A DNA stretch of 50,728 nt from Anaerohalosphaeraceae bacterium (GCA_050309605.1 JBNRMN010000053.1:1-50728); one strand, 5' to 3'. Positions 38,531 to 48,700 are shown, counted from the first letter of the stretch. A program made the numbers and translations. The notes: generated from the sequence alone by a model not told the origin.

Positions 38531-40462
38531 TTACTTATCCCATGTCAAATCCTCTGTTTTATCGGCAATCTTTGCCGCGGCGATTGATAAAAATCGCTCT
38601 GAAGAGACCTCGACGGTCTGTTGAGATTGCCTGAAACGGACATTCACTACATCATTTTGAGCCTCTTTTGGTCCGACCACCAGCATATACGGCACGCGGT
38701 CGGCGTGGGCGCGGGCGATCTTGGCGCCGATTTTGTCGCCGCTCATATCCGCCAAGCCCCTCAGGCCGGCGGCCCGGCATCGGGACAACAGCGACCGGGC
38801 GTAAGCATCGGTTTTTTCACTGATGGTCAGGATACGCACCTGTTCCGGCGCCAGCCACAGCGGGAAATTGCCCGCGTAATGCTCAATCAATATGCCCATA
38901 AACCGCTCCAGCGAGCCGAGAATGGCCCGGTGAATCATCACCGGCGTCTTTTCGGTATTATCCGGTGCGGTATAGGTCAATTCAAACCGCTCAGGCATCG
39001 AAAAGTCAAGCTGAATCGTGCCCAACTGCCACGACCGCCCCAGACAGTCTTTAATATGAAAATCAATCTTCGGCCCGTAGAACGCCCCGTCGCCCTCGTT
39101 GATCTGGTAATCAAGGGCCTTGTGATCCAGCGCCCCTTTCAGCGCGGCGGTGGCAATGTCCCAAACGTCGTCGGACCCGATGTGTTTTTCCGGTTTGGTC
39201 GAAAGTTCGATGCGGTAGTCCGTAAAGCCGAAGGCCGCGTACATTTCTTCGATCAGATTGATCACGCCGATGATCTCCGGCTCAATCTGTTCGGGCATAC
39301 AAAAGATATGGGCATCGTCCTGGGTGAACTGCCGCACCCGCACCAGGCCGTGCATCTGGCCGCTGGCCTCGTAGCGATGGACCAGCCCCAGCTCGGCGAT
39401 CCGCATCGGAAACTCGCGATAGGAGTGCTTGGTGGAATTATAGACCAGCAGCCCGCCGGGACAGTTCATCGGCTTGACGGCATAGGTGGTCTCGTCCACC
39501 GTGGTAAAATACATATTTTCTTTGTAATTGTCCCAATGGCCGCTGCGGTGCCAGAGCGACTCGTTAAGGATAATCGGGGTCTTGATCTCAACATAGCCGT
39601 ATTTGGCGTGAACCTGCCGCCAAAAGTCGATGATCGCGTTCCAGACAATCATTCCTTTGGGGTGCAGGAACGCAAAGCCCGGCCCTTCCTCGTGGAAGCT
39701 GAACAAATCCATCTGCTTGCCGATGAGGCGGTGGTCGCGTTTTTTGGCTTCTTCGAGGCGGTGCAGGTACTCGGCCAGTTCCTTTTTGTTCCGCCAGCAG
39801 GTGCCATAGACGCGCTGGAGCATTTTTTGTGAGGCGTCGCCGTGCCAGTACGCCCCGGCTACGCTCATAATCTTAAACGCCTTGGGGTCGATGCTGCCGG
39901 TGCGGGGGATGTGCGGGCCGCGGCACAGGTCTTCAAAACCGTTTTGCCCGTGGCGGTAAAAGCTGATCGTCTCGCTGTCGGCGCGTTGGATGTTGTCCAG
40001 CTTGTAGGGGTCGTGGGCCATTTTGGCCGCGGCCTGGTCGCGAGCCATCTCCACACGAACGAACGGCTCGTCGGCGGCGATAATCTCGCGCATTTTCGCC
40101 TCAATCCGTTCGAAATCCTCCGGGCGAATCGGGGACTCCAGGTCGATGTCGTAATAAAAGCCGTCCTCGACCGTCGGGCCATAGACCAGCAACGCCTGCG
40201 GCCAGAGCGAACAGATCGCCTCGGCCATGATGTGGGCGCAGCTATGGCGAAGGATGTCAAGCCCTTTGTCGTCTTTGGCCGTGATGACGACCAGTTTGGC
40301 GTGATTATATACAGGAGCCGACAAGTCCACAAGCCGACCGTCCAATTCGGCCGCCACCGCCGCCCTGGCCAGTCCCGACCCAATTTGCTGTACAAAATCC
40401 AGCACACTCGCCCCGTCGGCGCCCTCAAGGATACTTCCGTCAGGAAGCTCTATTTTTGCCAT
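38531..40462 (-). CDS. thrS: Threonine-tRNA ligase
   Basis: TGS domain, RHSCAHIMA, DLCRGPH, RDHR, KPMNCP, RVRQFTQDDAH, GAFYGPKID, HRAILGSLERF. Confidence 0.98.
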   Translation of the reverse strand: MAKIELPDGSILEGADGASVLDFVQQIGSGLARAAVAAELDGRLVDLSAPVYNHAKLVVITAKDDKGLDILRHSCAHIMAEAICSLWPQALLVYGPTVEDGFYYDIDLESPIRPEDFERIEAKMREIIAADEPFVRVEMARDQAAAKMAHDPYKLDNIQRADSETISFYRHGQNGFEDLCRGPHIPRTGSIDPKAFKIMSVAGAYWHGDASQKMLQRVYGTCWRNKKELAEYLHRLEEAKKRDHRLIGKQMDLFSFHEEGPGFAFLHPKGMIVWNAIIDFWRQVHAKYGYVEIKTPIILNESLWHRSGHWDNYKENMYFTTVDETTYAVKPMNCPGGLLVYNSTKHSYREFPMRIAELGLVHRYEASGQMHGLVRVRQFTQDDAHIFCMPEQIEPEIIGVINLIEEMYAAFGFTDYRIELSTKPEKHIGSDDVWDIATAALKGALDHKALDYQINEGDGAFYGPKIDFHIKDCLGRSWQLGTIQLDFSMPERFELTYTAPDNTEKTPVMIHRAILGSLERFMGILIEHYAGNFPLWLAPEQVRILTISEKTDAYARSLLSRCRAAGLRGLADMSGDKIGAKIARAHADRVPYMLVVGPKEAQNDVVNVRFRQSQQTVEVSSERFLSIAAAKIADKTEDLTWDK

Positions 40463-40583
40463 AAACCGTTACCTGCTGTGTAAATATCAACAAAGATTAC
40501 CAAAAACGGCAGTATATCCGCAGGTCGGTTCAAAAGTCAAGCCTGAAAAGGATTTCGCACACTCGCCCTGCCGTTCAGGCTTG
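40436..40583. repeat. 148 bp direct repeat, copy 1 (thrS promoter, leader and codons 1-9)
   Basis: 141/148 identical by manual alignment to 41765-41912. Confidence 0.95.
40511..40540 (-). promoter_or_regulatory. Sigma70-like thrS promoter (second copy at 41840-41869)
   Basis: TTGACT-N18-TATACT, identical in both copies of the duplicated segment. Confidence 0.7.
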
Positions 40584-40599
40584 GCCTGTTTCTGCCTAA

Positions 40600-40676
40600 A
40601 TTACCCATTCTCCATTCTAAATTCTCCATTCTAAATCCTGCATTCTTAATTCTGCATTCTTAATTCTGCATTCCTC
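40600..40676. repeat. Heptamer tandem tract (ATTCTNN x ~11)
   Basis: attaccc attctcc attctaa attctcc attctaa atcctgc attctta attctgc attctta attctgc attcctc. Confidence 0.9.
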
Positions 40677-40759
40677 CCCTTGGCCCGTAAAATCGGAAAA
40701 TTTCCACCCACAACAGGAAATCGAAAAATAGGAAATTGGAAATCATCACCTATTGCTCG

Positions 40760-40855
40760 CGCACCCACAAGCTCCGCTTGAAGATGCCACCCGGTTTCAA
40801 TTGAATCGTGTTGATTGCCGATTGATTATTGCCAATCTTGCTGTGGCTGCCCGTC
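40760..40855. repeat. 96 bp REP-like unit, copy 1
   Basis: 81/96 identical to 41671-41766; imperfect hairpin gcacccacaagc-tcc-gcttgaagatgc followed by cacccg, plus internal heptamers. Confidence 0.85.
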
Positions 40856-40929
40856 GCACTTTTACCCTTTTCCTTTTACCTTTTGACTTGATTGTACTGC
40901 TCCCCCTGGCCTGTAAAAAATGTATGGGA

Positions 40930-41451
40930 TTAGTTACTGGGCTTGATGATATTCCAAATATTCATAATATCTGTTCCAGTGATCTCTGGTAACAACAGAT
41001 TGCCCTCTTTTTTCAAAGGTAAAGTAAGAGTACCTCCGACCGGTGCATCAACTGAAAGCCCAACACCTGCTTTATAAGGGATTGATGTTCCGGGTTTGAC
41101 ATTCTTCAAGGACTTGAACAACTCAAGGTAGTTGACGTTGACAGGCAAGGAAACCGTTTCTTTGCTGTTTGCTGCGATAGAACGCTGCACGTTGGCATCC
41201 CCCTTAAGAAATGTATCCGCCCCGCTTGAGAGATGATAACTCAAATTGGTAAGAGGTAATGACACGGCATACGGGTTATGGATTTCAACATCAAACAGAA
41301 GCTGTGCAGAATGCAAACTGACATCTCCAAATTGAATATTCTTAACCTGTGCACTTGGCCTGCTTAAACCCAGATTTTGCAGGGTTTCACACCCATTGCA
41401 AATCAGCCCTAATAACACGGCTGTTAAGACAACCAGTTTTGCTGTATCCAT
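40930..41451 (-). CDS. LEA type 2 / WHy-domain lipoprotein
   Basis: Lipobox LICNGC; LLFDVEIHNPYAVSLPL..LSYHL, a LEA_2 signature; visibly AT-richer than neighbours; GGGAG RBS before MDTAKL. Confidence 0.82.
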   Translation of the reverse strand: MDTAKLVVLTAVLLGLICNGCETLQNLGLSRPSAQVKNIQFGDVSLHSAQLLFDVEIHNPYAVSLPLTNLSYHLSSGADTFLKGDANVQRSIAANSKETVSLPVNVNYLELFKSLKNVKPGTSIPYKAGVGLSVDAPVGGTLTLPLKKEGNLLLPEITGTDIMNIWNIIKPSN

Positions 41452-41600
41452 ACTATTTCTCCCGAAAACTTTAAACAAGGACAGTTTTTACATCCAATAG
41501 AAATAAAAGGGACCTTTGGCCATCAACTCTTTGCCTTAATTTCGTTTATTCCTTTTGTCGCTTTGACTTTCTCATCAAAAAGGTGTCTGTCCCCTTAAAT

Positions 41601-41663
41601 TGTTCTCATTCTTAATTCTGAATCCTTCAATCGTCCGTCATCAATCGAAAATCGTCAATCGAA
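41601..41663. repeat. Heptamer tandem tract
   Basis: tgttctc attctta attctga atccttc aatcgtc cgtcatc aatcgaa aatcgtc aatcgaa. Confidence 0.8.
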
Positions 41664-41670
41664 TCCCCCC

Positions 41671-41766
41671 CGCACCCACAAGCTTCGCTTGAAGGTGCCA
41701 CCCGTTCTCAATTGACAATGGATTATTGCCGATTGATTATTGCCAATCTTGCAGAGGCCACCCGTC
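41671..41766. repeat. 96 bp REP-like unit, copy 2
   Basis: Hairpin gcacc-ca-caagc-ttc-gcttg-aa-ggtgc plus cacccg; it abuts the duplicated thrS fragment. Confidence 0.85.
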
Positions 41767-41912
41767 CGTCAGGAAGCTCTATTTTTGCCATAAACCGTTA
41801 CCTGCTGTGTAAATATCAACAAAGATTACCAAAAACAGCAGTATATCCGCAGGTCGGTTCAAAAGTCAAGCCTGAAAAGGATTTCGCCCGCTCGCCACTC
41901 CGTTCAGACTTG
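41765..41912 (-). repeat. 148 bp direct repeat, copy 2 (thrS promoter plus truncated thrS 5' fragment MAKIELPDG)
   Basis: Matches 40436-40583. The reading frame continues into the REP-like unit as MAKIELPDGRVASARLAIINRQ* (41723-41791). Confidence 0.95.
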
Positions 41913-42090
41913 AGATACGCCGGGGCGCGGATCACCCATTGGCCCAAAAGCCGGCCACGCTCACTGGAGCAATAAACAATGCCCGTCGTTAATCTGTCAA
42001 AAACTGTGAACGGTTACGATGATTTTAATATCCTGGCAAGTCAGTGGATAATAATCTATAATGCCAACAGTGATTGATTGGGGTATTTTT

Positions 42091-45000
42091 ATGAAAAAAG
42101 CAAGGCTTGGTTTGTTTTTTTGGGGTATGCTCTGGTCGTCCGGAGTGCACGTGTTCGGTACCGCATTGTCTGCCGAAGCAGGTACGCCGCAACCATCGGC
42201 GGCCATGGCGGCTGACTCCGCCTCGGCCTCAAGTTCCCCGGCGCCCCTTCCCGCCCGCTGGGGCGACTGGCAGGCCTGGGGCGATATGGGGGACGGGACG
42301 TACCGTAATCCGATCCTGCCGTCGGACTACAGCGACCTGGACTGTATCCGTGTCGGGGAGGACTACTATGCGATCTCCTCCACGATGCAGTTCTCTCCCG
42401 GAATGATCCTCCTGCATTCCAAAGACCTGGTCAACTGGACCCTTATTGGTCACGCGGTGGCCGATGTAACCCGGATTGGGCCTGAGATGAATTGGGATCG
42501 GATGAATCGCTATGGCCGGGGCGTATGGGCCGGCGCTATTCGTTACGCCCATGGCCGGTTCTGGGTTGTGTTCGGAGCGCCGGACGAGGGATTCTTTATT
42601 ACCAGCGCAGAAGATCCTGCCGGCCCGTGGGAGCCTCTGGGTCCGCTGATGCTGGAACGAGGGTGGGATGATTGCTGTATCTTTTGGGATGATGACGGTC
42701 AGGCCTACTTTATCGGGACGCATTTTGCCGACGGGTACAAGACCTATATTTGGCAGATGACACCCGACGGCCGGTCTCTTATTGAAGATTCGCGTACGCT
42801 GATTAACCAGGGGGCCGGTCGCGAAGCCAACAAACTCTACAAGATCAACGGCTGGTACTACCACTTCTTCAGCGAGGTGTCGCAGGGGGCGCGGGTGGTG
42901 ATGATGCAGCGATCCCGTTCCATCATGGGGCCATACACACAGCGACGGCAGCTGACCGACCGCAACCGGGAGTGGAACGAACCCAATCAGGGCGGTATCG
43001 TGGATACCCCGTCGGGTGAATGGTATTTTGTTACCCACCACGGCACCGGTGACTGGGAAGGCCGCTGTATGAGCCTGCTGCCGGTGACGTGGATTGACGA
43101 CTGGCCGATTTTGGGGGCGACGGAGAACGGAGAACCGGGAACGATGGTGTTTGGCGGCAAGAAACCGATCCAGGGGCATCCGGTGGTGACGCCGCAGAGC
43201 AGCGACGATTTCAGCGCGTCCGTGCTCGGCCCGCAATGGGAATGGAATCACCACCCGCGCGCCGACAAGTGGTCGCTGACCGAGCGTCCGGGCTATCTGC
43301 GTCTTCGAGCATTTAAACCGCGGCGGCCCGATGATCTCATGACGGCCGGCAATACGCTCACCCAGCGTTCCTTCCGAACACGTAAGAATGTGGTTATTGC
43401 AAAATTTGATCTGTCGGGGATGGCGGACGGCCAGAAGGCGGGGCTTTGTCACTTTGCAAAAGACCACTCGGCTTTGGGCGTAGCACAGGAAGGGTCTGTT
43501 CGCCGGATTGAGTTTCGCGAAAACGGGAATCTGACCAAAGGGCCTGTGGTCGAGCAAAACCTGCTCTGGATACGGTCGTCATGGGGGCTGGATGGAAAAA
43601 GCCAATACGCCTACAGTCTCGACGGTGACACGTTCGTGCCCTTCGGCAGCGTTTATCAACTCTCATGGGGCCATTACCGGGGGGATCGCATCGGGCTTTA
43701 CTGTTTCAACATCAGAGAAGATGCCGGATACGTGGATATCGATTTCCTGCATTACGATTATCGTTCGACGTCAGATGCCGCCGTGGCGCGCGTTGATGCT
43801 GTCAACGGGGCCATGCTCGGCTCGTGGAATACGCAGGTGGAGTTTGACTCGATCAACGTTGTCTGCGGAAGCGAGGTGGTTCTGGATGACCCGTTTGATA
43901 CTGAACAGCCCGGCTGGCAGCGCAGCCAGGGACAGTGGCAGGTTTCAGGCGGACTTTGTCGGCAGATTTCACATGCGACACCGGCATTAATGACCTACGC
44001 TTTCCAGAGCCAGGCGGCGGATTACACCATCTCTGTTCGCGCCAGGAAAACCGGCGGTTCTGAAGGTTTTTTCATCGGTTTCGGTGTTCAGAATCCGGAG
44101 AATTATTATTGGCTGAATCTTGGCGGATGGAACAACACCGCTCACCGTCTTGAAAAAACCGAATACGGGTATCGCCAGCCAATCGGGCCTGCGGTTTCGG
44201 GTCGCATTGAAACCGGACGCTGGTATGATATACGGATTCGCGTGGAGGGTCGCCGTATTCAATGCTTTTTGGATGACCAGCGAATTTTTGATGTGACGGA
44301 TATCGGTTTTGCCGGGGATTCGGACGCATTGCCCGCTGACAATGACAGGTTGAACTTCGGACATGCCCTGATCCCGGATCTGGTTGCCGATCCAAGCATT
44401 GTGGATATTGATGGTACGTTCTACTGCTATGCTACCACGGATGGCTGGGGGCAGGGGTTGACTACCTCCGGAACGCCAGTGGTTTGGACGTCAAAGGACT
44501 TTCTTAACTGGAGTTTCGAAGGCTCCAGTTTTCCTTCGGATTTCGATTTGAAGTACTGGGCTCCCAGCAGTATTGTCCCCCACAACGGCCGGTACTTTTC
44601 TTTTGCCACACTGGACGGCAAGATTACCGCCGTTGTGGCCGATTCGCCGACGGGACCATTCCTTGCACCTGACGGCACACACGTCACCAGGGCAACGCTC
44701 CAGCCGTATCCGATTGAGCAAAAAAGCTCCATTGACGCGGAAGTTTTCATAGACGACGACGGACAGGCCTACATGGTTTGGTCCCGCCGTCGCATGGTGA
44801 AACTCAAGCCGGATCTGCTGTCGCCTGATGGATCCGTCATTAACCTCCCGACAAAACGCGACGGATATTCCGAAGGGCCGTTTCTCGCGAAGCGCAACGG
44901 TATCTACTACTATTTCTACACCCTGGGCGGCGATGAGGCTTACCAATACGCCTATATGATGAGTCGCACCTCGCCGCTGGGGCCGTGGGAAGCGCCCGAA

Positions 45001-45657
45001 CAGGACATCATCGCGACGACCGACCATGAGAGCAGAGTCTTCGGGCCGGGACACGGCTGTTTCTTCAGCCCTCAAGACAGCGATCAGTGGTATTTCGTCT
45101 ATCTCGAATACGGTCGCGGCGGCACGAACCGTCAAATTTACGCCGATAAGATGAATTTTAACCCCGACGGTACCATTGTGCCCATCACATTGACCAAGAC
45201 CGGCGTAGGGGCGTTGCGGCCGGTTGTGGATTCGTCGCCGAACCTGGCATTGAACTGCAAGGTCACGGCGTCCTCGACCCGCCGGAATTATCGCGTTCGC
45301 CCGAGAAAGGACGCCAGCCTTGATCGCGTGGAAACCTACGTGCCTGCGAATGCGGTTGACGGATACAACGGTACCCGCTGGCTCGCCGCTCCCGGGGATG
45401 CTGCGGCTTGGTTTCAAGTGGACCTTGGCGAGCCGCACGCTATCCGCCGCACCGAGGTGTATTTCGTGAAGCCCGCCGCCGGCCATGCTTATCGCCTTGA
45501 GTGGTCGCTCGACGGCCAAACTTGGAAACCCTATGGCGGGCACGACGAAGTCATCCTTCGCTCCCCGCACCGGGACGAAAAGCCGGCCCGAGCCCGGTAT
45601 TTGAAACTGACCATTTTGGAAGGCGAATCCGGAATCTGGCAATTCCGGGTTTACTGA
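42091..45657 (+). CDS. Multimodular GH43 enzyme: GH43, beta-sandwich, ConA/DUF1080-like domain, second GH43, F5/8 (CBM32-like)
   Basis: YRNPILPSDYSDLD...SKDLVNW, WAG, QWEWNH; second propeller ADPSI...WAP...IDAEVF...SEGP...GPGHG; C-terminal NAVDG...WFQVDLG; signal peptide MKKARLG. Confidence 0.9.
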   Translation: MKKARLGLFFWGMLWSSGVHVFGTALSAEAGTPQPSAAMAADSASASSSPAPLPARWGDWQAWGDMGDGTYRNPILPSDYSDLDCIRVGEDYYAISSTMQFSPGMILLHSKDLVNWTLIGHAVADVTRIGPEMNWDRMNRYGRGVWAGAIRYAHGRFWVVFGAPDEGFFITSAEDPAGPWEPLGPLMLERGWDDCCIFWDDDGQAYFIGTHFADGYKTYIWQMTPDGRSLIEDSRTLINQGAGREANKLYKINGWYYHFFSEVSQGARVVMMQRSRSIMGPYTQRRQLTDRNREWNEPNQGGIVDTPSGEWYFVTHHGTGDWEGRCMSLLPVTWIDDWPILGATENGEPGTMVFGGKKPIQGHPVVTPQSSDDFSASVLGPQWEWNHHPRADKWSLTERPGYLRLRAFKPRRPDDLMTAGNTLTQRSFRTRKNVVIAKFDLSGMADGQKAGLCHFAKDHSALGVAQEGSVRRIEFRENGNLTKGPVVEQNLLWIRSSWGLDGKSQYAYSLDGDTFVPFGSVYQLSWGHYRGDRIGLYCFNIREDAGYVDIDFLHYDYRSTSDAAVARVDAVNGAMLGSWNTQVEFDSINVVCGSEVVLDDPFDTEQPGWQRSQGQWQVSGGLCRQISHATPALMTYAFQSQAADYTISVRARKTGGSEGFFIGFGVQNPENYYWLNLGGWNNTAHRLEKTEYGYRQPIGPAVSGRIETGRWYDIRIRVEGRRIQCFLDDQRIFDVTDIGFAGDSDALPADNDRLNFGHALIPDLVADPSIVDIDGTFYCYATTDGWGQGLTTSGTPVVWTSKDFLNWSFEGSSFPSDFDLKYWAPSSIVPHNGRYFSFATLDGKITAVVADSPTGPFLAPDGTHVTRATLQPYPIEQKSSIDAEVFIDDDGQAYMVWSRRRMVKLKPDLLSPDGSVINLPTKRDGYSEGPFLAKRNGIYYYFYTLGGDEAYQYAYMMSRTSPLGPWEAPEQDIIATTDHESRVFGPGHGCFFSPQDSDQWYFVYLEYGRGGTNRQIYADKMNFNPDGTIVPITLTKTGVGALRPVVDSSPNLALNCKVTASSTRRNYRVRPRKDASLDRVETYVPANAVDGYNGTRWLAAPGDAAAWFQVDLGEPHAIRRTEVYFVKPAAGHAYRLEWSLDGQTWKPYGGHDEVILRSPHRDEKPARARYLKLTILEGESGIWQFRVY

Positions 45658-45747
45658 CCTCTTCGCAGTTCCGGGCATATCGAATGAGTAAGTGATTTGT
45701 AAAGAACATAATATACGATTGTTAAAAAGGCTTTTAATTAGAGACCT

Positions 45748-48700
45748 ATGATTAAGTATGCAAATCAAATTAACAGAAGTTCTGGGTTCAAGGCGTTTGA
45801 ACTGCGAATCGGTATCCTTGCCGTTCTGGCTGTATTTGCAGCGGATCTTTTTGCCGCTGAAGGCCAGAGACCTGCCGTGCACAACTATGGTAAATCGGGC
45901 GATGATCCGGCCACAGAGGTTGATGAATCTGCGATACTGGCCAGCGATGATCTTTCAGAAAACAAGCAGTATCGGGAATCCATTAAATATGCACTGGTTG
46001 TCAATGACACTCCAGTTTCTGTTTATAAGTATCAGAAAGGCCCGATCGGCAGCGGGCACTATAATTTTGACATTGCGAGGTTCGCTTCGGAAGACCAGAC
46101 GCCGACGTTTGAAATCCAATTGAAGGACAATACAATCATCGAAACGGTTGAAATTTACCCGGAACGTTACTATCCGCAGGAAGCAGTGCGCATCAGCAGC
46201 AACAGAAAGACCTTGACCTTCAGCATGTCCGACAAATTGCGGTATTGCATCATCAATATCAATGGCACACTGACGGACAGGCGAATGGCGGGCACTCCCA
46301 TGCTGGCCGTCATCAACGACCCGCCGGAAACAGACAAACCGGATGTGAATGCTCACAATGTACTGAACTTCAGGGAGTTTGCCGCGCAATATTTAAAGGA
46401 AAACCCGATTACCGACCAGATCGGCCAAATATGTCGCCCCGCGGGATCGGTGACCGATACCAGCAGAAATACCCACGAGCAATTTACATGGCATTATGAA
46501 GCAGGCAAGTATGTTGACCAGAAGGAGAGAAATGTTCGATTTCCCAATAAGCGTGTCAGGGTCAAACACGATGTGTCCGAGGCGTTCCAGGCAGCGCTGG
46601 AGCACGTGAGAAAAAACCCTGAACTGGACACCATCTACTTTCCGGCGGGGACTTATATCTGGTCGGGTTTGTCGATCAGAAACTGGGACGGCAACGGGGC
46701 CGACGGCAAACTGAACATCTACCTGGACGAAGCGGCGCTGCTGGTCAATCGGCTTCAGGAATGCAAGGAGGCGATGGAACCGGCGATCGGGATCTGGTAT
46801 TCTTCGAATATCACCATTTCCGGCCGCGGCATTATTGACGGCAACGCCTGTTACACCCTCAGGCTGGATCGCAAGGATGCCCGCGATACGCCGCACCAGG
46901 GCGGGGCGATGGTGGTACACTCAGAGGACATCACATTCAACGACACCTATGTTCGCGATACCAAACAGTGGAACTGGGAGTGCCATACCGTTAAGCACGT
47001 TACCTTCAATAACATCAAGGGGCTTTCGCCTTTCGACCATGCCTGGGTGGATGGGCTGAATCTGACCAGTGGCCGGAATGTGACGGTCAACGGCGCCTTT
47101 ACCCTGGGCAATGACGACACCTTTGCCACGGGCCATTACAACCCCAGCGATGAATTTCCGCGTCGATTTCTGGATGAGCTGGACCGGGCGACGGGCGATG
47201 AAAAGGCCCGCATGGAGACCATAAAGAATGAAGTCTGCGCCGCCGCGGCGGTGTACAACAAAAACAGACTGAAATGGGACACGGATGACTCCGAACATAT
47301 TACCGTAAACGATGTGCTGGCCTGGAGCGGATTGGCCAACAATGTGCGCTTGGGCGCCAACATCCGCTGGAAGGGAGAACCCGGAAGCTTTACCAGCTAT
47401 AAACTCAAGAGCTACACATTTAACAATTTTAACTCTGTGATGCGCCGCTGTATGGATGCCATTAAGCTCCATGGCGGCTCCCACGGAAGCCCACCGGGAT
47501 ACGAAACGTTGATCTTCCGGAATTGTTCCTTTGCCGGCGCCGGAGGGAACAATGTCGTGGTTCCGACAAACACAAACAACTTCCGCATAGATACAGTGGT
47601 CATTGACAACTGCTGGTTTGAGGATCCGACACTGCCGTTCGTTTTCAGAGATGTGAAGAATCTTATCTTGAAAGACATCGTTGCGGGCGGTCAATTGGTG
47701 ACAGATATCAAACAGTTACCGATTACGCTTGAAACGATTGGCCAACTGACTTTTACCGCATACGACCGAGATTCGGCGCAGGCCAGGTTCGTGCATCCGG
47801 GGCTGCTGCTCAGCCAGCGCCAAATTGACTTAATCAAAGCAAAGGTCGCGGCCGGCGAACAACCATGGGCGGGCGGATATGAAACGCTGCGTCAAAATAA
47901 ACAGGCGATGCACAGCTACCCGGTTAACGGTCCTTACGCAACCGTGGGCAGGGGTCGCAATCCAGGGGATAACGTGTACAAACGGCAGTTCGATTCCGAC
48001 TGCAACGCGGCACACTACAATGCGTTGATGTGGGTTATTACCAATGACAAGCGGCATGCGGCAAAAGCTATGGAGATCCTGAACGGTTATGCGGCGACAC
48101 TGAAAGAGATTGTCGGGACTGATAAGATACTGATGGCCTCGCTCAACGGTGCGAAACTGCTTTATGCCGCAGAACTGTTAAGATACAGTGAGGCGGGATG
48201 GGGACCGAAGGATACGGCGCAATTTGAGACCATGATGCTGACCGTGTTTTATCCGGTCATCCGGGATTTTGCTCCGTTCGCCAACGGCAATTGGAGTACA
48301 GGCTGCGTGAAGACAATGATGGCCATCGGGGTATTCTGCAATGACAGGACACTCTTTGATCGCGCAATAGACTGGTATTATCACGGCACGGACAACGGAT
48401 CGCTGACCGGCTATATTATCAATGACGAGGGGCAGTCCCAGGAGAGCGGGCGGGACCAGGCACATGCGCAACTGGGTATTGCGCATCTGGCGGAGGCGTG
48501 CGAGATTGCGTTCAACCAGGGGCTTGATCTGTACGGGGCTGCGGACAATCGGCTGCTCAAAGGATTTGAGTATGCGGCAAAGTACAATCTGGGGCATACC
48601 GTGCCGTTTGTGCCATACCGGGATACCACGGGCAAGTATAATCACCAAGTCATTTCCGACGCTGCACGAGGCAGACTGTGGCCGGTTTACGAGATGGTGT

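Noticed and set aside
40463..40600. T-box riboswitch upstream of thrS
   Set aside because: The predicted leader is only ~40 nt and lacks the T-box motif and terminator.
40600..41766. CRISPR array or integron attC cassette interpretation of the repeats
   Set aside because: There is no constant 25-40 bp repeat with unique spacers, no cas or intI gene, and no convincing RYYYAAC...GTTRRRY boxes.
40753..41975. Short plus-strand ORFs 40753-40992 and 41712-41975 sharing CRLIIANLA
   Set aside because: The similarity simply reflects the repeated 96-bp DNA unit; there is no RBS or other coding evidence.
42005..42018. TGTGAACGGTTACG as a LacI-type operator upstream of the GH43 gene
   Set aside because: It is an imperfect palindrome in single copy, with no classical LacI gene in the window.
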